DNA of 64,000 nt from Promethearchaeota archaeon (GTDB taxonomy: Archaea; Asgardarchaeota; Lokiarchaeia; Sigyniarchaeales; SOKP01): NCBI GenBank assembly GCA_048941285.1, contig JBHLNS010000006.1:1-64000 (forward strand). The letters are read 5' to 3'. A program made the position numbers and the translations under genes. The number at the start of each line of letters is the position of its first letter. Positions within the stretch are counted from its first letter, which is position 1. Below the pieces are notes generated by a model. The model made no database searches, was not told the origin of the DNA, and worked only from the letters and a program-made list of their open reading frames with translations. Below, one piece after another: positions 19,902-29,344 of the stretch.

Positions 19902-20948
19902 CTATTTTTGACATAATATAATTATTCTAATTCCTTCTCCTCTACGCATGACATCGAAGGCTTCATTAATTTCTGAAAGTGGGAATTTATGAGTAATTAA
20001 TGGTTTAAGCTGAAGAGAACCATTCTTAACCAAGTCAATAATATGTGGATAATCAACAGGACGACAACCAAGGCTTCCCATTATTTCCATTTCTCGAAAC
20101 ATTACACGACCAATATCAAATCCATCCCAACGTTGGGGAGAATATCCAACAGCCACTAAACGCCCACCAGTTCGTAAACTATTAAATGCCTGTTTCATTG
20201 TGGTTGGGTGCCCAATTGCCTCAAATGCTATATCCGCTCCGCCTCCCGTTATTTTTCGTATGGCTCCAACAATTTCCCTTTCATCCATATCTTTTGCTAA
20301 AACAGTTTCTATAGCACCAATTTGTTTAGCAATTTCAAGTTTCTTTGGGACAATATCAACAGCAATAGGTAATCCTCCTGCTGCTTTTATATTCTGGACC
20401 ACATTTAAACCAATACCACCACAACCTATAACTACTGCCCAATCACCAGGTCTTACTTGGCCTCGGTTTTTAACAGCATGATACGGTGTTGATATAGCAT
20501 CAGAAATTATACAACTTTCCTCCAATGACATGTCAGTAGGAAGATGGACTACATCCTTTACTGGGACCTTAATTTGCTCAGCAAAACCACCATCAATGTG
20601 GTTTCCGAGCATTATTTGATTAAGGCAAATATTCTCTCTACCGGTTCTGCAATTAACACAATAACCACAGGAAAGTACAGCAGGAATAATCACGTGATCT
20701 CCTTCTTTGAAATTTTTAACATCTTCACTAACCGCTTTAATTCGTCCTGAAATTTCATGACCTAAAATAAGAGGTGGTTGTTTAACTGTAGGTACTCCAT
20801 GTTCTAGATAGCCAAAATCAGTATGACATACTCCACAGGCTTCTATCTCTATTATAGCTTGGCCTAACTCACCGGAAATATTTGGATCTGGATAATTATT
20901 ATCTACTTTTAAAGGGTCCTTAATTTTTTCAAAAACTGCTGCTTTCAT
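19902..20948 (-). CDS. had: 6-hydroxycyclohex-1-ene-1-carbonyl-CoA dehydrogenase (Zn-MDR)
   Basis: CGVCHTD, GHEISG, PAVLSCGYCVNC...C, DAISTPY, GCGGIG; operon context. Confidence 0.85.
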   Translation of the reverse strand: MKAAVFEKIKDPLKVDNNYPDPNISGELGQAIIEIEACGVCHTDFGYLEHGVPTVKQPPLILGHEISGRIKAVSEDVKNFKEGDHVIIPAVLSCGYCVNCRTGRENICLNQIMLGNHIDGGFAEQIKVPVKDVVHLPTDMSLEESCIISDAISTPYHAVKNRGQVRPGDWAVVIGCGGIGLNVVQNIKAAGGLPIAVDIVPKKLEIAKQIGAIETVLAKDMDEREIVGAIRKITGGGADIAFEAIGHPTTMKQAFNSLRTGGRLVAVGYSPQRWDGFDIGRVMFREMEIMGSLGCRPVDYPHIIDLVKNGSLQLKPLITHKFPLSEINEAFDVMRRGEGIRIIILCQK

Positions 20949-21016
20949 TTCAATTTCCTACAATTTGTTTTATTATAATTCTAATTTAAACCTAATTCTT
21001 ATTAAATTTAAGAAAA

Positions 21017-21784
21017 TTAACGATTCTGCCAATTTGGTGGTCGCTTTTCTAAGAATGCCTGTAATCCTTCATTTGCATCATGTGTTGACATTAATTCTTT
21101 AAGATAAAATTCTTCGATTTCATCTAATTTAGACTCAAAATCGATTCTTAAAGCTTTCTTAAAGGATTTTTTAGTATAGTGCAAAACAACAGTACTTAAA
21201 TTATTAAAGGATTCGATAAACTTGTTAAATTCTTGATCATATGATTCAAGAGGGAAAACATGATTGGAGATTCCAAGTCTAAAAGCTTCTTCAGCATCGA
21301 TTATTTCTCCTAACATGATAAGTTCAAAAGCTTTTTTATTTCCTATAATTTGTGGAAAAGCTAAAATGGCGATCGGAGGAAAAACACCTACTTTTATTTC
21401 CGGTTGACCAAATTTTGCTTTATCTGAGGTAAGAACGATATCGCAAAAAATAACAATTTCACAACCACCACCAAGTGCGGCTCCTTTAACACTTGCTATT
21501 GTTGGGCATTTTAAATTATTAAGTTTTCTAAAAATGTCATGAAATTCTTTAATCATCTTAGAAGCTTTATGCCCCATGTGATCCCTAACATCAACTCCAG
21601 CAGAAAAAGTCTTTCCATTATGATCAAAAATTACTAACTTTAATGATTCATCTTCAAGAAAACCTTCCAGAGCTTCATTAATTTGCTCCATCATCTGGAT
21701 TGTTAAAATATTTAATGGACCATTGTTGAATATTATTTTTCCAATTTTATTGACTTTTTCAACAATAATTAAATCATTCGTCAA
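21017..21784 (-). CDS. dch: Cyclohexa-1,5-dienecarbonyl-CoA hydratase (crotonase family)
   Basis: PLNIL, FSAGVDV..H, LGGGCE, GQPEIKVGVFPP, YLKELMSTHDANEG. Confidence 0.85.
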   Translation of the reverse strand: MTNDLIIVEKVNKIGKIIFNNGPLNILTIQMMEQINEALEGFLEDESLKLVIFDHNGKTFSAGVDVRDHMGHKASKMIKEFHDIFRKLNNLKCPTIASVKGAALGGGCEIVIFCDIVLTSDKAKFGQPEIKVGVFPPIAILAFPQIIGNKKAFELIMLGEIIDAEEAFRLGISNHVFPLESYDQEFNKFIESFNNLSTVVLHYTKKSFKKALRIDFESKLDEIEEFYLKELMSTHDANEGLQAFLEKRPPNWQNR

Positions 21785-21851
21785 AAATTTTCACTCAAAA
21801 TAGTTAATTTTCTTTAAAGTCTCTTTTATTAATAAAAAAATTTGTTAATTT

Positions 21852-22820
21852 TTATTTTAATTTAGATCCACATTTACCGCAAAACTCGAAATCGGAAGGC
21901 AAACTTTTTGCTTGACATGAAGGGCATGTGATCGAAGGAGGTCCCCATAAGAATTCTGGATGTGAACTTTCTCGTACACCCCTATAATTTGGAGGACGTT
22001 TTTCCACAAATGCTGACATTCCTTCAAGTGGCTCCCATGAAGCATAATGGATTGATAACCAATCTTTAGCATGTCCAATTGTTTGGTGCCAAACAAAATC
22101 TTTCCAAAAATTTACCTGTTGTTTTGTATATCTCATGCATTCTGGAAACTTATCAATGAGTTTCTGGCAATATTTATCTACTTCTTCATCAATTTCTGCA
22201 TATGGAACTACAGAATTTACTAAACCCCATTCTAATGCTTTTTCTGCTGAGATAGGTTCACATAAAAATAAAATCTCTCTTGCTCTGCGGTCGCCAACTA
22301 TTATAGGTAACCATTGAGTAGCACCTCCACATGCTACAGACCCTACTCTTGTTCCTACTTGCCTAATGGTTGCATGATCTGCGCAAATTGCTAAATCACA
22401 AGCCATTTGCCATTCATTACCTCCGCCTGCCACAATTCCATTAATTCTTGCAAGAGTAGGTTTGCCAATATTTCGAAAGACATCATGTGCTTCTTGAAAA
22501 ATAGACATCCATTTCCAATATTCAGCAGGTTGTATAGTAAATCTTTCTCTATACTCTTTTACATCTCCACCAGTACAAAAAGCTTTATCGCCAGCTCCGG
22601 TTAAGATAATAACTGCAACTTTATTATCCCACGCAGCATCATGAAAAGCTTCAATCATTTCCATTAATGTAAGGGTTGAATAAGCATTATATACTTCTGG
22701 ACGATTAATCGTGACAGTAGCTTTCCAATCTTTCTTTTCATAAATTATTTCTTTAAAATCAAATTCCTTTGGATCTTTAGGCTTAAAATTTGGTTCTTTT
22801 GTATAAGTCACTATAATCAC
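21852..22820 (-). CDS. oah: 6-oxocyclohex-1-ene-1-carbonyl-CoA hydrolase (ring-opening) with C-terminal zinc ribbon
   Basis: NAYST, AFCTGGD, GGGNEW..ACD, GS...GGATQWLP, FPEC..YTK; ends CPSC...FCGKCG. First gene of the bzd operon. Confidence 0.8.
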   Translation of the reverse strand: MIIVTYTKEPNFKPKDPKEFDFKEIIYEKKDWKATVTINRPEVYNAYSTLTLMEMIEAFHDAAWDNKVAVIILTGAGDKAFCTGGDVKEYRERFTIQPAEYWKWMSIFQEAHDVFRNIGKPTLARINGIVAGGGNEWQMACDLAICADHATIRQVGTRVGSVACGGATQWLPIIVGDRRAREILFLCEPISAEKALEWGLVNSVVPYAEIDEEVDKYCQKLIDKFPECMRYTKQQVNFWKDFVWHQTIGHAKDWLSIHYASWEPLEGMSAFVEKRPPNYRGVRESSHPEFLWGPPSITCPSCQAKSLPSDFEFCGKCGSKLK

Positions 22821-22910
22821 TTCAAAACTTGCTTTTTTTGATTTCTTTTATTTTTATTATTATTCTTAGATAATTTTCCAAAATAATATAAAATTTGTTA
22901 ATAGGAAACG

Positions 22911-22936
22911 TTTAGTGGGAATAAAATTCCACTAAA
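22911..22936. promoter_or_regulatory. Inverted repeat (candidate operator) in the divergent promoter region of the bzd operon
   Basis: TTTAGTGGGAAT-AAA-ATTCCACTAAA near-perfect palindrome between oah (-) and 23028 (+). Confidence 0.55.
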
Positions 22937-23027
22937 AGCACATATCAGATGATATAAGAAAAAGAGTAAGATTTAAACTGAACATTATCATAATATCTAA
23001 TGTAGACTCGGAAAAGAAAACAAAAAT

Positions 23028-23309
23028 TTGAGTAGAATAACCTTGGTATCAGATAAGGAAAAAAAGCAAGAAGAAAAAGCATTAGAAAGATTTCCTGAAG
23101 ATGAAGGCTGGGAGAGGGGATTCACAGTTGAAGAAAATAGGGTAGCTGAATATGTCGAATTATATGAATCAATAGGACATGAAGTACTTGTTGTTCCTGC
23201 TACTCCTGATGAGCAAGAGGAATGTCAAACATGTTTTAAAGCTAATTTTGATAATTTAAGAACTATTTTTATAAAGCGAAAAGACAGTAAAATAGATTTT
23301 GAAGAATAG
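23028..23309 (+). CDS. Small hypothetical protein with CxxC
   Basis: GWERGFTVEENRVAEYVELYESIGHEV...ECQTC; divergent from oah. Confidence 0.65.
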   Translation: MSRITLVSDKEKKQEEKALERFPEDEGWERGFTVEENRVAEYVELYESIGHEVLVVPATPDEQEECQTCFKANFDNLRTIFIKRKDSKIDFEE

Positions 23310-23345
23310 TTAATATTTTTATCTATTTTTTCATTAGATTAATTT

Positions 23346-23786
23346 ATGTCGAAAACTGCTATCGTTAAATTTGACGATTATGAAGAAGGAACTTCAGCTT
23401 CTTGTAGTAAAACCATTACTGAAGCCGATGTAACTCTATTTGCGGGAATAAGTGGCGATTTTAATCCTCTTCACGTGAATGAAGAGTTCGCAAAAACCCA
23501 AATGTTTGGTAAACGAGTAGTTCATGGCGCCTTTAGTTCAGCATTAATTTCAGCAGTACTTGGTGTTCATTTATTTGGTCCAGGGGCTCTTTATGCTTCT
23601 CAAAAAGTGTTTTTTAAGAAACCAGTGTTTATTGGAGATACATTAACCGCTGTAGCAACTGTAACAAAGAAATATACAAAAGAAGGTAAAAGTGGAACCT
23701 TACAATTTTTAGATGTTGAGACTAAAGTGCTGAACCAGAAAAATGAAGTTGTCACGGATGGAGAAGCACAAGTATTAATCATGTAA
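23346..23786 (+). CDS. MaoC/PhaJ family (R)-specific enoyl-CoA hydratase
   Basis: FAGISGDFNPLH...FGKRVVHG...PG...F.KPVFIGD hotdog motif. Confidence 0.9.
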   Translation: MSKTAIVKFDDYEEGTSASCSKTITEADVTLFAGISGDFNPLHVNEEFAKTQMFGKRVVHGAFSSALISAVLGVHLFGPGALYASQKVFFKKPVFIGDTLTAVATVTKKYTKEGKSGTLQFLDVETKVLNQKNEVVTDGEAQVLIM

Positions 23787-23871
23787 TTTTTTTTCTTTTC
23801 TTTATTCAAATTTTGACGATGCGTAACATCAATGATTTCTTTTTTAAACAATACATTATTATTTCAAACTC

Positions 23872-24597
23872 ATGAAAAAACAATATCTCAGTGAAATTAT
23901 GGATCATCCTCTTTTAGGGAGGCTACTGCCAGTAGATTTTAGTCCTTTGAAGACGTGCTCCTTTAACTGTTATTATTGTAGTTTAGGAAAAACCACCAAC
24001 ATGACAATGCAGAGAGAGGAATTCTTTCCAGTTCAAGATATTTTTGAGAAAGTTGATTTATATCTTCAGAACAACGAATATCCTGATACAATCTTCCTTA
24101 CTGGAAGCGGTGAACCTGCTTTGTATTCTAAATTTGGAGAATTAGCGAGAAAACTTAAAGAGAAATACCCTAACATAAAACTTACAGCCTATTCGAATGC
24201 TTCTTTACTAACCAACCCTGAAGTGCGTAAAGATTTTTGTGAATGTGATATGATGCAATTTAACTTGAATGCGGTGAGATCTGAAGAATTTCAGAGAATT
24301 AACCGGCATCATGGTAAAGTAAAAATTGAGAATATTCTAGAAGGATTGAAAAAATTTAAAGCTGATTCTAATAAACCAATCTGGATTCATTCAGTTTTTG
24401 GAGATAATTTCAATGTTTCTAAGGAGAACATAATTGGATTGCGTAATTTTATCGAAGAAATTAAACCTGATAAATATATTATCAGGAAATTTGAAATAGA
24501 GAATGATGTAAAGCCATTAAGAGATGAGACTATCAAATTTATTAAAGCTCAGATGGATTCATTAAATTGTAAATGCCATTATATAGGATTTGATTAA
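23872..24597 (+). CDS. Radical SAM protein
   Basis: KTCSFNCYYCSLG (CxxxCxxC), TGSGEPAL. Confidence 0.85.
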   Translation: MKKQYLSEIMDHPLLGRLLPVDFSPLKTCSFNCYYCSLGKTTNMTMQREEFFPVQDIFEKVDLYLQNNEYPDTIFLTGSGEPALYSKFGELARKLKEKYPNIKLTAYSNASLLTNPEVRKDFCECDMMQFNLNAVRSEEFQRINRHHGKVKIENILEGLKKFKADSNKPIWIHSVFGDNFNVSKENIIGLRNFIEEIKPDKYIIRKFEIENDVKPLRDETIKFIKAQMDSLNCKCHYIGFD

Positions 24598-25444
24598 TCT
24601 TATGTCCAAAAATACTAATTTGATATTTATTGGGACTAGTGGAGCTATCCAAATCCCATCATTTCACTGTACATGCCAAACTTGTGAGGAAGCAAGGAAA
24701 AATCAAGAATTACGTCGAACTAGGGCTTCAATAATATTAACTGGAAGTGAAAATATCTTAATTGATGCTACACCAGATGTAGAATTTCAACTTGAGCGAG
24801 AAAAAATCAGGTATGTTGATAGGATTTTTCTTACTCATTGGCATTATGATCATTGCTTTGGTTTAGGTGCATTTCATGAATTAGGAAGTCATGGAATTTG
24901 GAAGAAACAAATAATTGATTTATATTTACCCAAACAAGATATAGATTATTTTGAAAGTATCGGCTTTAGTTGGGCAAAGGGCCGATATAATTTACATCCG
25001 ATAATGCCAGGAGATATTATTGAACTTCCTGAGTTTATTTTTGAAGTCGTAAAAACTATCCATTCAGTTGATAGCGTTGGTTATATTATTAAAGCACCTC
25101 AGAAAACTTTTGCTTATCTAGTTGATGGGATTAAACCTCCTAAAAAAACAATAGAAAGGTTAAAAGAAAATAATTTAGACTTCATCATTTTAGAAGGCAC
25201 TGTTGATAAATTAATCTTACCAAAAGGGCAAACAATTGAACATTGGAAAAATTTTTCTATTTCAGAAGCAGTAGCTTTTTGGAAAATATTGGATATTCCA
25301 ATATGCATCCTGACGCACACATCTTTCCATAGTTGGAATATTAATAAATTGATCGCAGGATTAACTATCAAGCAACGTAAGACGTTTGAAGAGAAAAACC
25401 CTGGCTTAAAATTTGCGTATGATGGATTGAGAATTGAAATATGA
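24590..25444 (+). CDS. PhnP-like metallo-beta-lactamase-fold hydrolase
   Basis: IGTSG...CTCQTC...RTRAS, IDATPD, THWHYDH, LTH, AYDG. Confidence 0.85.
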   Translation: MINLMSKNTNLIFIGTSGAIQIPSFHCTCQTCEEARKNQELRRTRASIILTGSENILIDATPDVEFQLEREKIRYVDRIFLTHWHYDHCFGLGAFHELGSHGIWKKQIIDLYLPKQDIDYFESIGFSWAKGRYNLHPIMPGDIIELPEFIFEVVKTIHSVDSVGYIIKAPQKTFAYLVDGIKPPKKTIERLKENNLDFIILEGTVDKLILPKGQTIEHWKNFSISEAVAFWKILDIPICILTHTSFHSWNINKLIAGLTIKQRKTFEEKNPGLKFAYDGLRIEI

Positions 25445-25498
25445 TTCTACTTTCTTTTTCAAGAACTCAATCGCTCAATAAAATGTTAAATAAGGATA

Positions 25499-26176
25499 TT
25501 ATAGGTCTTTTCTATAACTGTCAAATATTAACAGAAGTCCAATTATAAATAAAATAGGAACTATAATGTTTGATACCATCTTAAATGCCTCTAATATTTC
25601 AGAGGTTCCTATATACCCTTCCAAAATTTCTGGTTTAAGTAAGTATCCCATTCCAAGGAAAATAGTACCAAATATAATTTTTAGACTTTTACTTCTCTCA
25701 GTTCCTGTATTTTTGAAAAATATAAAAAAAATTAAAAAAAGACTGAAGGTTGAGTAAAAGAAAATTAAAATTAAAATTATATTCGAAATATTTGTAAAAC
25801 CCAGCACCAATGTAATAATAAGAGGAACAATTCCAGCATAATAATGCCTCTCATAAGTAATTTTATTCATAACTTTTTCTAAATGTATTATTTTCGTCCA
25901 AAATGGGAAAAAAAAGATTAAGATTCTAACTCTTAAAAGTATAAATGAAATTACATCACTGTATAATAAAAAAATTGATATTATTTTTAAAAAACTTTCA
26001 ATTCCAATAAAAAGGTAGAACATTTCCCAAGAAAATAAGTCATTATAGAAGTGGAAGTGATTTTCTTTAGAAAATTTCTTAGAGATATATAATTTGTTGA
26101 TAATGCTCATAGCTAGTATAATAGAAAAAATGGTATTAACAAAGTATAGCAATACACCGATCAATAATAGATCCAA
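25499..26176 (-). CDS. Hypothetical multi-pass (about 7 TM) membrane protein
   Basis: Seven hydrophobic segments. Confidence 0.6.
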   Translation of the reverse strand: MDLLLIGVLLYFVNTIFSIILAMSIINKLYISKKFSKENHFHFYNDLFSWEMFYLFIGIESFLKIISIFLLYSDVISFILLRVRILIFFFPFWTKIIHLEKVMNKITYERHYYAGIVPLIITLVLGFTNISNIILILIFFYSTFSLFLIFFIFFKNTGTERSKSLKIIFGTIFLGMGYLLKPEILEGYIGTSEILEAFKMVSNIIVPILFIIGLLLIFDSYRKDL

Positions 26177-26221
26177 AATTATTCCTCCAATAATTAAATA
26201 TATATTATAAAAAATGAATCA

Positions 26222-27496
26222 TTATTGAGGGAAAAATAATACGGTAGGCACTAAATTCCCTTTAAGAGATAATTTCTCATTTTTTGCAAGATTTACTATT
26301 TTAGATGCACAATTATTAATTGAATGTTCAGCAGAGTCAAGACAGAATAAGTTTCTATACCTTTTTTCATCGGGATTGGAAATAACCTTCGTTTGCCACC
26401 TTAAACCTAAAGCATTTGCTTGTAATTGTAATCCTGCTAATGCCATCCCTGCTTCAATCTCAGCCCAATATTTTATATTCATAACTTTATGCATAAATCC
26501 TGAACAAGGTTTCTTTCTGTCAATACATAATAGAATAGCATAATTAGATAAATTAATATCGAATTCTTCTTCAATTTTTGCTTTGGAATTATCTATGGAA
26601 AAATATTGAAGATAATGATCATATTTTATTTTATCATTCACCTTAATCCATCTGTTTAACGCTGAATATCCTACAGGATTATATATATAACATCCTTTGG
26701 GCAGATTAGCAAGATCCTCCACAATCATTATCGGATATACCGCATATCCAGCACATCCTGAAGCATGGACTCTACCATAACCATTTTTTTCCAGAAGATC
26801 TCTGTTTCCATGAGTCGCATGATCATTCTCACCTTGACAAGCCCATAATAATTGAGAAATCTCTTGTAAACTGGTAGTATTCGGAGCTTTACTTTCCACT
26901 TGATTAAAAATAGCTGCATCTAATTGTACTCCCTTATATTGATCCTTATAGAGTGCACGATCCTTATAACAAGCTGGAGTTTCGAGTAGAAAAGTATCAC
27001 TCTCTATTTCTTTTTGGATAGGATCTAGTGTATCTTCTACTAAAGCGCCTCGATCTCTTTCTCGGACTGCTACTGAATATAAGAAGAAATAATTAAGATT
27101 GAGTTCAGTGTTAACGATCTTATTAAATTTCTTTGGAGCTCTAGCACGTTGAGATACTCCAAGTCCCATACTTTCCACTTTTAGCGAAAGGTATTGCCAA
27201 ATAAGTCCTACTCGGATTAAATCATCTAAATTTATTGATTCTTTCCAAAGCAATTCGGGATAGAGTTCCATGCAATATTGGGTTTTTTCTTTATCCGTAA
27301 TTAAAGTTAATTCGTCATTTTTATAGATGTATATTCCTCCTGAATAGTCCTTTCCGTTGGGTAAAACTAAAAATAAAGATTTTAAGGGAGCTGCTTGGTT
27401 GGTTGATTTACAAATATCTAAAATCTCTTTCATTGATAATACTCTGCCTGATCCAGAGCAATCTTTACGACTTGCTAAACATCCTTGTAAACTCAT
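26222..27496 (-). CDS. SagB/ThcOx-like nitroreductase-fold protein (two domains, divergent)
   Basis: ISQLLWACQG, GCYIYNP, EIEAG...LQLQANALGL. The N-terminal half repeats a degenerate copy (GIYIY...VGLIWQYLSLKVESMGLG). Confidence 0.65.
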   Translation of the reverse strand: MSLQGCLASRKDCSGSGRVLSMKEILDICKSTNQAAPLKSLFLVLPNGKDYSGGIYIYKNDELTLITDKEKTQYCMELYPELLWKESINLDDLIRVGLIWQYLSLKVESMGLGVSQRARAPKKFNKIVNTELNLNYFFLYSVAVRERDRGALVEDTLDPIQKEIESDTFLLETPACYKDRALYKDQYKGVQLDAAIFNQVESKAPNTTSLQEISQLLWACQGENDHATHGNRDLLEKNGYGRVHASGCAGYAVYPIMIVEDLANLPKGCYIYNPVGYSALNRWIKVNDKIKYDHYLQYFSIDNSKAKIEEEFDINLSNYAILLCIDRKKPCSGFMHKVMNIKYWAEIEAGMALAGLQLQANALGLRWQTKVISNPDEKRYRNLFCLDSAEHSINNCASKIVNLAKNEKLSLKGNLVPTVLFFPQ

Positions 27497-27579
27497 TTTT
27501 ATATCAATTTTATTATCAATTATAAATGTATTAGATATTTATTTCAAATTAAATTTATTATAGGTGATTTCCATAGAAA

Positions 27580-27599
27580 TTTCCCATAAATATGGGAAA
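27580..27599. promoter_or_regulatory. Perfect inverted repeat upstream of the CoA-ligase operon
   Basis: TTTCCCATA-AA-TATGGGAAA in the divergent intergenic region 27497-27726. Confidence 0.5.
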
Positions 27600-27726
27600 A
27601 GGTAAAATTTTTTATATAATTTAGATGTTTAAAATAAGATTAAAATATTTTTGAAATCGTTCTGATTCATTACAACAGAGAAATTTTTTATATAAATGAA
27701 TATGTATATGAAAGGAGGATTATTGA

Positions 27727-29313
27727 ATGACTTGGCTTAATATTGGTGAAATAATTAATGTTAATGCGAATAAATATCCAAATAAACTTGCTTTAAAAGA
27801 TAATAGAAGACAATTAACATTTAAACAGTTAAATGAAAGTACTAATAAACTTGCTAATGGAATTCTTAAGAGTGGTATAAAAAAAGGCGATAAAGTAGCT
27901 ATATTATCTAATAATTGCATTGAATTCATGGAGCTCTATGTAGCAGCAGCTAAGGGAGGATTTATTCTGGTACCATTAAATTTTCGTCTCCATCCAGATG
28001 ATATCTCTTTTATAATCAATAACTCAGATGCAAAATGGTTATTTGTAGAATCCAGATTTCAAGCTGCAACAGAAAAGATTTGGCAAAGAGCTAAAGAATT
28101 AGGATTTGATGATGTTGAACGCGTTTTGATAGCCGAGAAACCAGCAGAAGGTTGGAAATTTTTTGAAGATATTGTAGAAATGGGAGAAAAGTCCTATCCC
28201 TCAACAGAGGTAAACCCTGATGATACTTGGGTTATTCTCTACACATCAGGGACTACAGGAAAACCAAAGGGAGTTATTCGCTCTCATCGTTCTTACATTG
28301 CGTTTTTCTTGATTAATGAAGCAGAATTCTCATTTACTCCCCAAGATTATGGATTGATTCTGATGCCATTGTCCCATGTAAATTCTACCTTCTATTCATT
28401 CGTATTCACTTATCTAGGAGCTCCAGTTTATATCCATATTGAATATAAATTTGATCCTGAAGAAGTTTTAAGGATTATTAGTCAAGAGAAAATAACTTTT
28501 ACATCGATGATACCTACTCATTATAATTTAATATTAAGTCTCCCCGAGGAAATTAAGCAAAAGTATGACCTTAGTTGTGTCACCGCTCTATTAACTTCTT
28601 CGGCTCCTGCAACTAAACAAATGAAATTAGATGTCATGAAACTATTTAATAAAACGAAACTTTTTGAAGCTTATGGGTCAACAGAGGCAGGACTTGTAAC
28701 ACTCCTCAGACCCGAAGATCAGATGAATAAGTTAGGGTCGATTGGAAAAGAATGCATTGGAACTGACTGTATAAAACTTTTAGATGAAGAGGGAAAACCT
28801 GTACCCGTAGGAGAAATTGGTGAATTATATTCCCGTGGACCACAAATGTTTGATAAATATTATAAATTGCCAGAAAAAACAAATGAATCTTTTAAAGGAA
28901 AATATTTTAGTGCTGGTGATATGGGCAAAAAAGATGATGATGGTTTCTATTATTTAGTAGATAGAAAAGCCAATATGATCATAACTGGGGGTGAACATGT
29001 TTATCCCTCTGAAGTTGAAGAAGTGGTTGTATCTCATCCATCAGTAGTAGAATGCGCCGTAGTAGGATTACATGATTATAAATGGGGAGAAAGTGTGACT
29101 GCTGTCTGTGTATTAAACAGAGAAGTTGGATCTCCAGATCCAGATACTTTTGATAAAGAATTACGACAATATTGTGAAGATAAATTAGCCAGATTTAAGA
29201 TTCCAAAACGATTTTTATGTATCAATCCCGAAGATATGCCTAGAACTGGTTCTGGAAAAGTTATTCATCGAAGATTAAGAGAACGATTTGATAAACAAAT
29301 TAATAATGAATAA
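27727..29313 (+). CDS. Acyl-CoA synthetase (AMP-forming, FadD/CaiC-like)
   Basis: LYTSGTTGKPKG, AYGSTEAG, AGDMG, DRKANMIITGGE, PRTGSGK; GGAGG SD upstream. Confidence 0.9.
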   Translation: MTWLNIGEIINVNANKYPNKLALKDNRRQLTFKQLNESTNKLANGILKSGIKKGDKVAILSNNCIEFMELYVAAAKGGFILVPLNFRLHPDDISFIINNSDAKWLFVESRFQAATEKIWQRAKELGFDDVERVLIAEKPAEGWKFFEDIVEMGEKSYPSTEVNPDDTWVILYTSGTTGKPKGVIRSHRSYIAFFLINEAEFSFTPQDYGLILMPLSHVNSTFYSFVFTYLGAPVYIHIEYKFDPEEVLRIISQEKITFTSMIPTHYNLILSLPEEIKQKYDLSCVTALLTSSAPATKQMKLDVMKLFNKTKLFEAYGSTEAGLVTLLRPEDQMNKLGSIGKECIGTDCIKLLDEEGKPVPVGEIGELYSRGPQMFDKYYKLPEKTNESFKGKYFSAGDMGKKDDDGFYYLVDRKANMIITGGEHVYPSEVEEVVVSHPSVVECAVVGLHDYKWGESVTAVCVLNREVGSPDPDTFDKELRQYCEDKLARFKIPKRFLCINPEDMPRTGSGKVIHRRLRERFDKQINNE

Positions 29314-29344
29314 CAAATTATCATAATAACAAGTTAAAAATAAA

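Noticed and set aside
9985-22604. Many short ORFs overlapping etfA, bzdV and the bzd/had/oah genes (e.g. 9985-10296, 16425-16859, 20200-20481)
   Set aside because: Lie antisense or out of frame within well-supported genes and have no motifs.
23872-27496. RiPP cluster (radical SAM plus SagB-like)
   Set aside because: No YcaO, precursor peptide, protease or exporter; the genes are not co-oriented.
27727-29313. Calling the ligase benzoate-CoA ligase (bzdA/badA)
   Set aside because: P-loop is LYTSGTTG rather than the WLYSSGSTG type I associate with benzoate-CoA ligases; substrate cannot be assigned.
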